Of a stretch of 64,000 bases of DNA, positions 53,296 to 64,000 are shown in pieces (position 1 is the first letter of the stretch; every line of letters starts with the position of its first letter). Both the position numbers and the translations under genes were made by a program. Where the stretch lies: contig JAYWIR010000025.1 in assembly GCA_036172245.1 (NCBI GenBank), positions 1,116,001 through 1,180,000 of the forward strand, written 5' to 3'. A model generated the notes under the pieces. It saw only the letters and a list, made by a program, of their open reading frames with translations, ran no database searches and had not been told where the DNA came from. This DNA comes from Raillietiella orientalis (taxonomy: Eukaryota).

Positions 53296-55399
53296 TGCTT
53301 GCTGACGGTGGCGTGCGTGCGTATCTAAGGTTGAGAGTTTTCGCGCCCGGGAGCATTCCCGGAACACTGCATGGTTTCTCACGGTTCCGGGGGTAGACGG
53401 TGGAAACCGTCGTCTGTGAAGCGCAGCTCGGCGTTGGGACCCTCCGAGAAGTTGGAAGGTCCAGCAAATGAGGAGCTGAGGAGACAGAAGATCCGTACCG
53501 GTACGTCGGTTTGATCAATTTTCAATTTGCGCCTCCTTGCATCTAATAAAACCCGGAACTGCCTGCTCTGAAGTCCAGGACGCAGAGGCTTCTGGTTATA
53601 CGACTCGAGGAGGGAGAGGAAAACGAAGCCTGACTCTCGTCTGCTTCGTCTGGATGCGCCGGTCTCCAGGATCAGGGATCATCACGGGAATCCCGTATCG
53701 AAAGCAGCTTGGATGGCGATATCATGAAGTTCAAATCTGCTTCGGACGTTTAATTTACAGGATGCTCGAGGAAATCTGCGTGGAATGGAACCCGCCGGGA
53801 CGATCGATTCCCGGGAACCCGAAAGCAGAACGGCCGTGCGTGCTCCCGGAGAAGGACGGTGCCGTCGCGAGTGACGCGAAGGCCTTCCCGCATGCGATTC
53901 TTGCGCTCAGCCGACACCAAGGAAGAAGGGAGGAGGGGGGTAGGGAGGCGGACGGAATAGCGACCAGGAATCCCAGCTCGTTGCCATCCTCCGGGACATT
54001 TTCGAATTGCGAATTTCGGACTTAATTAAAAACGTCCGCAAATTTGCATGCAAACCCGAATTTCGTGGAGATTTTCCAGGAGAGCAACAGCAGTCTTCCA
54101 AGGAACGCTGCGGGGCTTTCGCGCACATACGGGAATCTGTGACAGCTTTATAGGGCCAGGCCTCGCTCCCACTCGGATGCGTGCACACAACACGCACACG
54201 GAGAAAAAAGTTCCTTTTTGGAGACGGGAGATCTTCTGTCCGCGAGGAAGAGGAGAATGCTGCGCGACGCGTCTGGAGCAGGGAAGCAGCTGCGTCAAAG
54301 GGTGGAGAGGAAAGGGGGGTGGGGAACGGAAAGACCTCTGTGCGGAAAGTCTGTTATTCCCGCCGTGCAGCACCTCCAAAGCGTCCCACGGGAGTACTGC
54401 TCTGCTCAAGGGTGGATCGCATCGCGCGGAGGGTGGCTCGGGGCCGAGAGGCGTGCGAGCGCCATCGAAAGGCAGTCTACGCCCCCCGGCCGCCTGATCT
54501 TAGGAAGGGCAAGGCGGCAGTCGAGGAAGAAAAAAATCTTCCCGGGTCTACGTCCCTCCACTCCGCGGAGACGGCGAGTGCCGGATTGGCGCCTGAGGAT
54601 GGCGCACGCGGACGAACGGCGCCGCGGAGGCGGAAGGGAGATCTCGAGAAGTAACGAAAAGAGAGAGACTAGAAAAACTGATCGTTGCCACCCTGTTTTT
54701 TCCACCTCCGTCCTGTGTTTCGGGATCTGAAAGGATGCGTTTACGCTCCGCGAGGAGGCCAGCCAAGGGCTTCCAGGTAGGATGCCACCCGTCGGTGGAA
54801 CGGCTGTCAGCAGGCGTGGGTCCTCGAAGTTTGGGGCACAGACGGACCTGTGAAGATGCTGAGGTGCAGGCGTTTCGATTCCACTCCGACCTAGACCTCC
54901 TATCGCGCGATCTTATCCTTGAGGACCAACCCTCGACCAGTTGCTGCCGGGCCAGCTTTCTCCGCTTCCTTCAGTCCCCGGACTGTACTCCTTCGTTTCC
55001 GTTTCGGTATCCCGCTTTTCCCGTACCCATGTTCCTTTCATTTTTCGTTTTTTGGAAGAGAGGGGTGTCATTGGGGAAAGAAGGCAACGCTAAGATCTTC
55101 GAAGAGGAAGAAAGAGTGAAGAAGAGTCTTTCTTGCGAGGCGTGCAGGACGGGAGGGAGTTCGCCATCCCAGTGCAATGCTTGCTCGAGCAGCAGGAATC
55201 TCATCGAATGCTCCGAGATTGTTGCTCCCTTTGAGGCGAAATTCCTATGCAAGCCTCTAGATCTCATGCAGAACTGCATGCAGTGGTCCTGGATAGCCAT
55301 CATACCCATTGCCTCAGCATTGTCTGTCCTTAGAACAAAGGATGGCAGTAGCCAACCGGTAGGATGAGAGTTGCCCTGCGCCACTGCAGCAGTCGAGAA

Positions 55400-56957
55400 A
55401 CTCCTCGACGGCTCCAAGACGAGCGTGTTGGTGGACGGAGCCAATTCAGCTCGTTTCTGGGAGAACGGACCCCTTCGATGGAGTGGACCTGCTCGGTGTG
55501 CCCCTCGAAGAACTCGTGGTCCCTTCTTCGTCTATGAACACATCCGTGTTCCCTCTCGGCTGAAGACGGGATGTTCTGCTGTTTCCTCACTGGAGAGACT
55601 CCAGTGCAACCAGAGCTGGCACCTTGGTTCCTGAAGGAGTTGTCTTCCGAACTGTTTGAGGTGTGGGGTGATGGAATCGCTCCGACACCTCCTGTTGGAC
55701 TGCAGTGCCCTGGAGGACGTGTGGCGCGGCGACTACTTCGGCGCTCCCTCGACCGCTGATTCCCCTCGTTTCAGATTCGTTGGAGCGCTTTTTGACTCAA
55801 GGCAGGCTGAAGACGGGAACTGTGACTTCACATCCCGATGAGCCGGCGGGTTTATTTTTTTTATGAAAAATAACATTTACAGGAATCAATGGATCCAAAA
55901 GGTCCACCGTTTCCAATAAAGGGGGTTAAAAAAAGGGGACTGCGAGGTCTATCACGTTCCCGAAGGGGAAGGGGGATAAAAAAAAAATAGAAAAAAAAAG
56001 GAAACAAACTATAATAGAAAATAAAAACTAACAAAAAATTAGTTGGGGGGAAGGGAAGGGATTACATTTCGTGGTGGGTGAGGCCTCTGTGTCCGTTGAA
56101 GGATGCCGGCCAGCTCCTTCTTCTTCCTTTGCAGGTGGGGCCATCTCAATGCTATCTGCAGGAAGCGGATGGCGTGCAGGACAGCCCCCCATTCGCTCCG
56201 GCCTTCCTCGGCGTCTCACTTCGACGCGACGACACCGCGGACGCAGCACAGCGATTGCGGCTGCGGGCGTCATGGCGTCCAACACGAAGAGGGGCCTCAA
56301 AGAGTCTTTGGGATCGACCACGGGTGCAGAAGGAACGCAGAGAAACGTTACCACAAGCCCCGGAGGGCGATGCACTGCACTAAGAGGTGGGTGATGGTCT
56401 CCTTGTCCGCGCACCTGGCACAGTTCGGAGATGCGCTTCCCCTCGTCCAGTGGTGCCGGCGCGCATTGCACGGAAGACCCCAGTGCAGTATCAGCAGCGC
56501 CGATTGCTGCCACTTGAGGGGAAGCAGATTCCTGTCTAGAAATATGTGCGTTGTGATCACAATGATCTGCAGCATCCGCACCGTAGTGACAGTCCTCCAT
56601 GTGCTGGAGTCACGTTCGCAGCGAAAGAGGCCACCAGCATGGCAGCCGCCTTCACGAGGACGGCTGCAAAGTAGCTTCAACAGCCAGAAGTCATCAGTGA
56701 GATCGCCACAATGCACAGCCGCTTCTAGCAAAAAAGGAACGAATGAGACCAAAGACCTCTGTTCCTATCCTCCCATCTTTTTTTATTTATTCATTGTCTC
56801 CCCACCTCCCTCTGTTCCCTACTTTTTCAGAAGTCGGCCTGCGTGCCGATGGTCAATCCCAATGGACTTCTTTTTTTTGTCATCTCTTGTACAAAGGAGA
56901 CAGTGTTCTCTTCTGACTAGCGGTTTATTTTTTAAGTTAACGTCCCGGAGTCACGGA
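55400..56957 (+). mobile_element. LINE 3' portion interrupted by an antisense LINE
   Basis: PNCLRCGVMESLRHLLLDCSALEDVW. Homology to the 44.7-45.6 kb copy stops at about 55820 and resumes at about 56552. Terminal motif at 56934-56957. Confidence 0.8.
55834..56550 (-). mobile_element. Nested 5'-truncated LINE
   Basis: LLPLKWQQSALLILHWGLPCNARRHHWTRGSASPNCARCADKETITHLLVQC, a T-rich 3' UTR, and the terminus AAATAAACCCGCCGGCTCATCGGG. Confidence 0.85.
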
Positions 56958-57149
56958 TTAGAAACCTCCCTTTGAGGTGTCGAACAGCTTCGGGAGGATC
57001 GCTCTCGTCTATGAGGAACGGTTGCCGCTAGATACGGCAGACTCTGAAAGGATGCTCGATGGCCTCTTTTCTTTGCCTTCGAGAGTGCGGGCTGTTGATG
57101 AGCTACAGCTGGGAGGGCTGTCGGAAATTCTGTTACGCCCTTCGATGGA

Positions 57150-57760
57150 ACCGTCCTTGTTCCTGATCCCAAACATTCAAGGTCTGGATCGAGGGAAGCG
57201 CTGCTTACGAACCATTCCCGTGAATTTATGGGCCGGGAAGGGAAAAATTGGCTCCGCTGCCACGATTATCGCAATGGGGAGGAGGGGGGCAAGTCCCGCT
57301 CTCCTTCCTGCCGCTTCATCTGTACGAAGGCTTCAGCTGCAGCATGGAGGAACACCAGCAGCACCTCACTGAGGACTCCGCAGGTTTGGTACGAGCGATT
57401 TCAGATTCTTCGGGTATCGATCCCAAGTGCACGTGAAAGGGCAATTCGGGGGAGCCACGTGCACTGCTGCCGCTGCTGCTGCTTATATCGTACTTCACCG
57501 TGTACCCGCGCTGTGCGCCAAACTGTGCAGTGACCTCGGAATGCGTTCCGCGCATGCGTCGTGGATTCTCCCCCTCTTCCCCTTCACCTCCCAATTCAAA
57601 GTAGACGGCAGCGGGACTCGGCTTGGATCTCCATCGTCGCGTATGAAGAAGATCGAGGGAGTCCTCCTGCTCTTTCCTTTCAAATGCAAAATGGCGGCTT
57701 CCTGCTTGTTATCGTGATAGAAAGTCCCTGGGACCTCCTCTTGCGAGGCAGCGCAGGGAA
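57150..57760 (+). mobile_element. AP-endonuclease LINE remnant
   Basis: LIPNIQGLDRGKR (cf. NxxGL...KR) and DLGMRSAHASW...PFTS...SGTRLG (cf. LxDA...FT...RLD). Confidence 0.5.
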
Positions 57761-58514
57761 TTTTTAGGGAAAGGGAAACGGTCGGATTTCCCTCATTCGT
57801 CTCATTCACAGCGACCGTCCGAAGGCTCAATCTTGCGTTTCCCTCTTCGATAGTGGGAAGAGTAGGAGGTCCGTGGGAGCCTCCCCCTCTTTCGCAGGTA
57901 CCCTGCTCTTCCCAGAATTGAAAAACCAAGACCTTTCGTATCCCCGATTGGACTCACTGCTATAGAAATCAGCCATCCGATCCTACAAATGACGGCACCA
58001 TTGGTGTTTTTACCTCTGTGGAAGCTGAAAAAGTAAAGGTTCATTGGGTTCTGCCACAAGTCAGGAGGAACCCGGTACAGCTCCTGTGTATTCAAGGAAG
58101 CGAGAGTTGCACCGGTGTAGAACTCGGTGTGTTCCTTGCCAGCAGCCGCAGTTTCTGAACATGTTGATCCGGAGCAGCTTCAGAACAGGTACAAAAGAGA
58201 GATGGTCCAGCGGGAAAGAGTTTTCAGCATTCGAAAGAAAGGTTGGGGCGCTTCGGAAGAGTACGAAGATCCGCTCAGCAAAAAGCACGCTTGCAGCATG
58301 TTCTTCTGCAAAATCCTGCAAGCGTGCCCTTTGTCTGACTCTTACGGAGCTTCTTGTTGCCATTGTTCTTTTAGGACAGCAGGTTCCATCCCCTGTTGAT
58401 CAACTGCTATATCCGATCAACATCCTACTCCTGAAATCCAGGGAATTTCAAGAGTCACCACTGTCCACTTCTCGTGGATCTCGCTCGCATATCGTCTGCT
58501 TCTCGGCAGGAAGC

Positions 58515-59640
58515 TCATCACTTCTCACGATAAAGGATGGCACTTTTCATCTTCCTATCCTCATTTGCTTCGCTCGAAGGAAGGAACCTATCGCGAGACA
58601 ATTTCCGAGTTCCTTCGTTCTTGCAAGCCATCTGACGTCATCCGTTGCATTACCAGGAAGTAAACTTACTGGCTCTGCCAATGTGAACAGGAGCATTGGG
58701 TGATTCAAGAGCATTCCTAATTCAAAATAAGCATCGCGGATTCCATTTCCTTGAAATTCACTTAATTCAATTTTTCGTTTTTCTTTTAAAAAAAATTCAC
58801 TGCCTCTCTAATGGAGGTGCTGCAAAAGAAAACTGAAGCTGGTTTTGGTTTCCACACGAACGTAGATAAAACTATCTCAAGGAGATGTGAATTTCGCCCC
58901 GAGACGACGAGAACTCATTGCAGCACCCTGTAGGTAAAATGGTGCATTCTTCACATATGAAAATCATTAGGTAAGTACCACTCGAACAACTTAACCACAG
59001 AGAGGGGCAAGCGGTTCTCAAAATATCCTGCTCAAGAGAATAGAGACCTTTCGTGATCTTCGATTCCTCGGTTGTAAGAGAACCCTCATTTAGAGATGGA
59101 TCAGAAACAATATCCACAGACTGTCCAAAGATGCATCTCAATAACATGGCAATTTGTCTGACTCAGACCCTGCTCTGCGACCACTTCAGTACTCCCCAAG
59201 GAAATTAATTAAATGCAAAAAGCTATGGAAATAAAGAAAGATGATATTAATTTAGAAATTCCAGAAAGTTGGCATTAGAAGTCTTGGATAATGTTATCTG
59301 CATGGGGTTCTCATCAAGAGCAGCAATAAACCAGAAAGTCCAAGACCAGCTGTATCTTCATTACTTATTAAGTACCAGCAGCATGGATTACACAAGTTCT
59401 GCACCGCTCCGGACATTGTAGCATGGACTACAACGAGTCAGCTGTTGTAGAATACAAATAAAATGGAAGTACATCTGCAGTGTCAGTGAGCTCACTTCCT
59501 GGTGATGCAAAAGATGACCTCAGATAACTTGCGGGAATAAAAGAACTCGGAAATTGTCTCGCGATAGGTTTGGTCCCTCGAATGGAGAAAATGGAGATAG
59601 GAAGACGAAAAGTGCCTTCTTTTATCGTGCTGAGTGAAAT
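58515..59640. repeat. Diverged inverted duplication (58515-58690 and 59470-59640)
   Basis: Shared core gaactcggaaattgtctcgcgataggtt and gaaaagtgcc.tc.tttatcgtg in opposite orientations, with a spacer of about 780 bp. Confidence 0.9.
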
Positions 59641-62600
59641 ACCATTGCACTCTATACTCATTTGCAATCTGAGGTCTCGGAACGTTTCCAAGAATTATTT
59701 GAAAGTCTATGAATCATACCGGATAATCCACACTTCAGAGAACAGTGAGCTTCCCCCCTTTTGCAGCTTTGTTTTACTTTTGGAATTCATCACTCGAAAT
59801 TTTCGTGATTTTCATTTACTTTTTGCTGCTCCATTTCCCTGCGGGAGCTTACTGGAGTCATGGTTCCCTTGTTCACTCCTGTATCCAAGACACTGACGGC
59901 ACGGTAAGGGAACTTTAGAATTTAAATCGGGTTCTCAAGGAACAGTTTGCACATTCTGGTGTTTAAAACCGATCCTGCAGATTTGGTAAAATTGCACCTT
60001 TATTAACGACGTAAACTCATCAATGAGGAGGATGCGACTCTATTTAAGTAGGCTTAGCATTGATTGGACATGGGTCGCTACAGAGAGAGCTGATGACTCC
60101 TCGATACGTTCTATTTATTCTCGTGCAAGAACAATTCCGCGAACTTCCAATTCCAGAGCAATCTTTTCCTCATTTAGTAATCTGGCAGAAGTTTCTGATG
60201 AAAATTCGCCTCACTCCTCGATGGAAACAAAGGTGATCAAGAGAAAATCGAGGGAGCAAAGAAGACAAAGCACCATGACTGTATCTACTAACCGATCTAC
60301 TAATTACGAAATGGGAAGGCTTCTGGTTCACTTCACAACAGGAATAGGACAGAATTCGATACTCAACGAAATTACCTTCGAACCGGAAAACATCTGACAG
60401 CAGGACCTGTCAGTAAGATGAAAGAAAATTCGATGCAGAGGGTCTTGAAAACTCAGACGCAGGACACTTCGCTTTGCGCTTTAAATAACAGCGAAAACTT
60501 CCACCCGTCATCAATTCCAGATTTCCTTTTAGACCATCATGCATTGCCAGTGCCCAAGCATCGCCTAGGAAGAAATGTCAAAGCACCCTCACTTTGCTGG
60601 AACTGAAGAGAATTGGATTCCGGCTTATTTTAAAGGATGGAACATTTCATTTTCACAAAGCCAACAGCATGAATACCGAAAAGATAAGAATATGCGGTTT
60701 TGCGATTCTTAACGGTTCAAGTCCTTGACGACTGGGAATTGCTACTTTCTTTATAGGATTTGAGAATTTTGACATGTTGATGCGCACACTGCATCCAGGG
60801 ATTCCTAATCGAGATGGAGATTGCCACACTGAATAAGTTAAAGCAACGCGTTTCCATCTGCAACTCCCCAATGAGCATGAATAACAACTCCTACTTTGAA
60901 CTCATGCAAGAACTGATAGATAATCTGGAAACCTAATGAACATAGCAAGGCTCATAATGGTACTTGCAAAAACAGACATTTCTGGCTTGTCCTTCCTCTT
61001 CGGTGCTAACTCATCATATAATTCATCAGCACTCTAAATTTGCTGTTCGGCTCATGCCCTTGACTAAGCGGAAGAATAAATTTCGAGGTAAACTGCGTGT
61101 CCTGACGGGAATACGTTACCCTTGAATAATTCGGTGAGCTAAAGTTCGTTCTTTGTATAAGTCCAGGGGATCTCGGTAAATTAAGGACACTTTTTGCTTT
61201 TCCTTTTAGGTCAGCTCTCAAGACTGATGAACTAAAATAGCTTCCTCATCTGATGCTACAGAGAACACTAACCTTAGAGACTTCTAGAAACTATGCTTTT
61301 GGAAGATCACTTCATAAAAGAAGTTTATTGGATTTGCTTGCAAAAGAAGCCAAACCTTTTGAAACGGTTCGACTGCTTACTCGATAAAGATAGATAAGCT
61401 AAAATCAAACGTCAGCAGACCATCAAAAAGTTTCATAACAGTTTTAGCTGGCTGAAATCTTGGAGGCCCACTACCCCTCCTTCTCTTCATCCTCGCGTCC
61501 CATCCATACCTATACATATCACAGAAAAATTTCTTCTTAAGCAGCTCTTCTCCCTTTAGGAGATCAGAGGTGGCATTTCCCTTTTGTTCACATCATCCTT
61601 TGTCCTGTCTATTACAACCGGGCAGAATCTCTTCAGAATATCCTAAACCACAGTCCTAGTCAACACTTCATCTCCCCTCTATTCTGTCTTGTTTTATTTT
61701 TGAAGAAGATAAAATACCATGTGGGACCCAGTGCACCATTGCGATGAAAGTCTTGAATACAGGAAGCGCTCATTCGAAACGATCCCATAGGCAAAATAAA
61801 AAGAACTCCCATCCGGAAGCTCAGATCAAATTCCAAAGCCGAAAAAAAGTCGCAATAGGATCAGTACGCATGTTCTTTGGAAGAAGATTTGGCTTCCTGG
61901 CTGCAAAGAGCCAGCACACACACACACACGAAGGCAAAAAAAAAAAATTTGAAAATGGAAAGTCCAACAGGCATCATACGCGCGCAACACACAGACATAT
62001 AGGAGATCCTGAAATGAGAATCAAGCAATAGAGTGAGAGCAGGTTCGATCCTTCCACAGATTTCAAAGGGCAGATGGCGGCTAGATGTGCTCGAGTTCTA
62101 CCCTCTCAAAGAGAAACTTTGGGAACAGATGTGCTTTTCCTGGTCGGCCGGTCGATTCGGCTTCCACCTGGACCGCACTGTCGGATGACGCAAACTCAAC
62201 GGCCATGGCAATTGCCGAAAGTTACAATTTGTGAGTGGGAGTGCAAATTCTTATGGCTCTTCTGAGACTCATGGGAGCGTGCAGCAGCACTGCAAAGCCG
62301 CCTTGGAGAATGCGTATCGACACGGTGCGAAATCTTTGCACGCAGCATCCTAATGATTTTGAATGATGATAATAATCCCAATGAATAAATCAGAGAAAAA
62401 AGCGGATCACAGCAGCCACACTTTCCATGAATTCCTTTGCTTTTGGTATCACGACTAGGTATGTCTTTAGAGAAGACAACCCCAAATCTGTTGATGGTGT
62501 TGATGAGCTGTTGATGGCAAGTCCATAAAGACAGGAGCTCAAAAAGACAGTCATGTGCTCGAAATAAATCCCTATGGCTTCCTTCTTGTCGAAGGCCAGG

Positions 62601-62650
62601 AACACAAAAATCGCCTCCTGAAACATCAGTGGTTGTGGCCCCAGGTTGTT

Positions 62651-63585
62651 GCCCGCGTCGGAGGCTCTGTGGTTGAGGCTTCCGTGCGTGGCACGAATCG
62701 CGGTTCGAATACTTCGGCAGAAAATGACGGCACTGCGTCGTGGGGTTCCGAGTTTCTCCTGCAATGGCGCTGGGTGACCTAATCATTCGGGAGTGGCACC
62801 AGCGGTGGATTAAGCCGGAGACCCCCGATGAAGGCCGGAACAATGGGAGTCGACCTTAGGGTCCCCCCGGGAATAAAGGATTAGGGAGTTCCCCTTCCTG
62901 TCGTGCAACGGAGAGCGGATCCCCTCACCGGGGGACCCCACCTGTTTCAAGATGGAGCAGGAGCCTTCACGAGCACCTCTCCAGCTGTTCGAAGGAGAGG
63001 ACCTCCCCTGTTGCGTGGGGGGGGACCCTCTGAGTCGTCGCCTCTTTACAGAGTGCAAGGAAGCAAGCGAGAGAGATTCCCTGCGGGAAGCTCAGCGCCC
63101 CTTCTGAATTTCGGAAGCGTCCCTTCGGGTTCTCTTCAGAGGAGTGAACAGGAGCGGTTCCCTTGCGGGTTTCCTCCGGAGAAGATATTCCTACTAGCAG
63201 ATTCTTTCCGGGTTCTCTTCAGATAAGTTGAAATGGGGAGGACCACCCCTCATTAGGGAGTTTCCCTCCGGAGAGAATGAGGAAGGAGGTTCCCTTTGGG
63301 GTTCCCCTTCGAAGACAACCACGGTGGGAGGTGAGATCCAAAGAGAAGGAATGGACTCCGAGCCCTTCCAGGATTCATAGGGCGGACACCAATCCCGGGG
63401 CGCCCCCTATCCTGAAGAATTACACGTTGTCACAGGGGAGAGGCGTGGAAACAAAACAGTGTGTTTAAAAGAGCCACGTGCGCCGCAAGGCACCCGACCA
63501 GCTCTGAAGTTATTAGCGAACCAAAAAAAAGAAAACTCTTAAAAAAAAAAAAAAAAGCTCGAAGGAAAACACCAGGAAAAAAGGA
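62651..63585 (+). mobile_element. tRNA-derived SINE-like element, copy 5 (longest)
   Basis: Head GCCCGCGTCGGAGGCTCTGTGGTTGAGG...CGGTTCGAATAC, a six-unit internal array at 63077-63315, and an A-rich tail including A16 at 63541-63556. Confidence 0.8.
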
Positions 63586-64000
63586 GAAGGATCACGCGAA
63601 CCATCCGGCGTGACCTCAACGTGTGCTTCCAGGGAACTCAAGACATGGGTTACAAGATCTCTGGCGCTTCATGGAGTGGCATGGATGCCCCCTGTTTGGA
63701 AGCGTTCATCTCCTAGTGAAGTGCACTGTCCTCACAAAGGAAAACGAGTCTGTGGAAGCTGTGCAGACAATCTCGCGCAGCTATGCCGCACTGAAGAACA
63801 TCATCATCGTGGCTGATCTCAACATCCTGTAGGCAAGAACTCAACGGATTCCGAAGCAAGCATGGTGTATCAGCAGTCAGCTGAAGAATTCAGCATCAGG
63901 AGGAGGACCGTTCAGTTAATTTTTCTCGGTGAGCAAATCGAAGCATCCTCGAAACGAAAGGATACTCGGACTTCTGCATAGAGGAATGATGGAGACTCTG

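Noticed and set aside
56348..56752. 134-aa ORF as a single protein
   Set aside because: It is a chance read-through across the junction of two oppositely oriented LINE fragments.
62030..62060. Isolated B-box GGTTCGATCC
   Set aside because: No A-box or tRNA fold upstream.
63700..63832. KNIIIVADLN, resembling the APE GDFN motif
   Set aside because: A single motif, not enough to call.

Overview
This is eukaryotic, repeat-dominated DNA with no intact protein-coding gene, rRNA, CRISPR array or prokaryotic operon that I can support. Most ORF-track entries are antisense or frameshifted readings of decayed transposons. The window holds more than a dozen remnants of L1/Tx1-like non-LTR retrotransposons: AP-endonuclease pieces, an RT with YADD, and C-terminal CxxC..HxxxxC zinc fingers. 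It also holds five copies of a tRNA-headed SINE-like element (0.7-0.95 kb) with an internal ~42-bp hairpin array, a pogo/Tigger transposase relic, a Tigger-type MITE, two locally templated insertions, an inverted duplication and a perfect 18-bp hairpin. The most interesting signals are (1) conserved hairpin termini instead of poly(A) tails at the LINE 3' ends, and (2) the SINE family, two copies of which sit directly upstream of the same LINE family. All alignments and translations were done by eye, so boundaries are approximate. The host organism cannot be determined; an invertebrate or arthropod is a guess.
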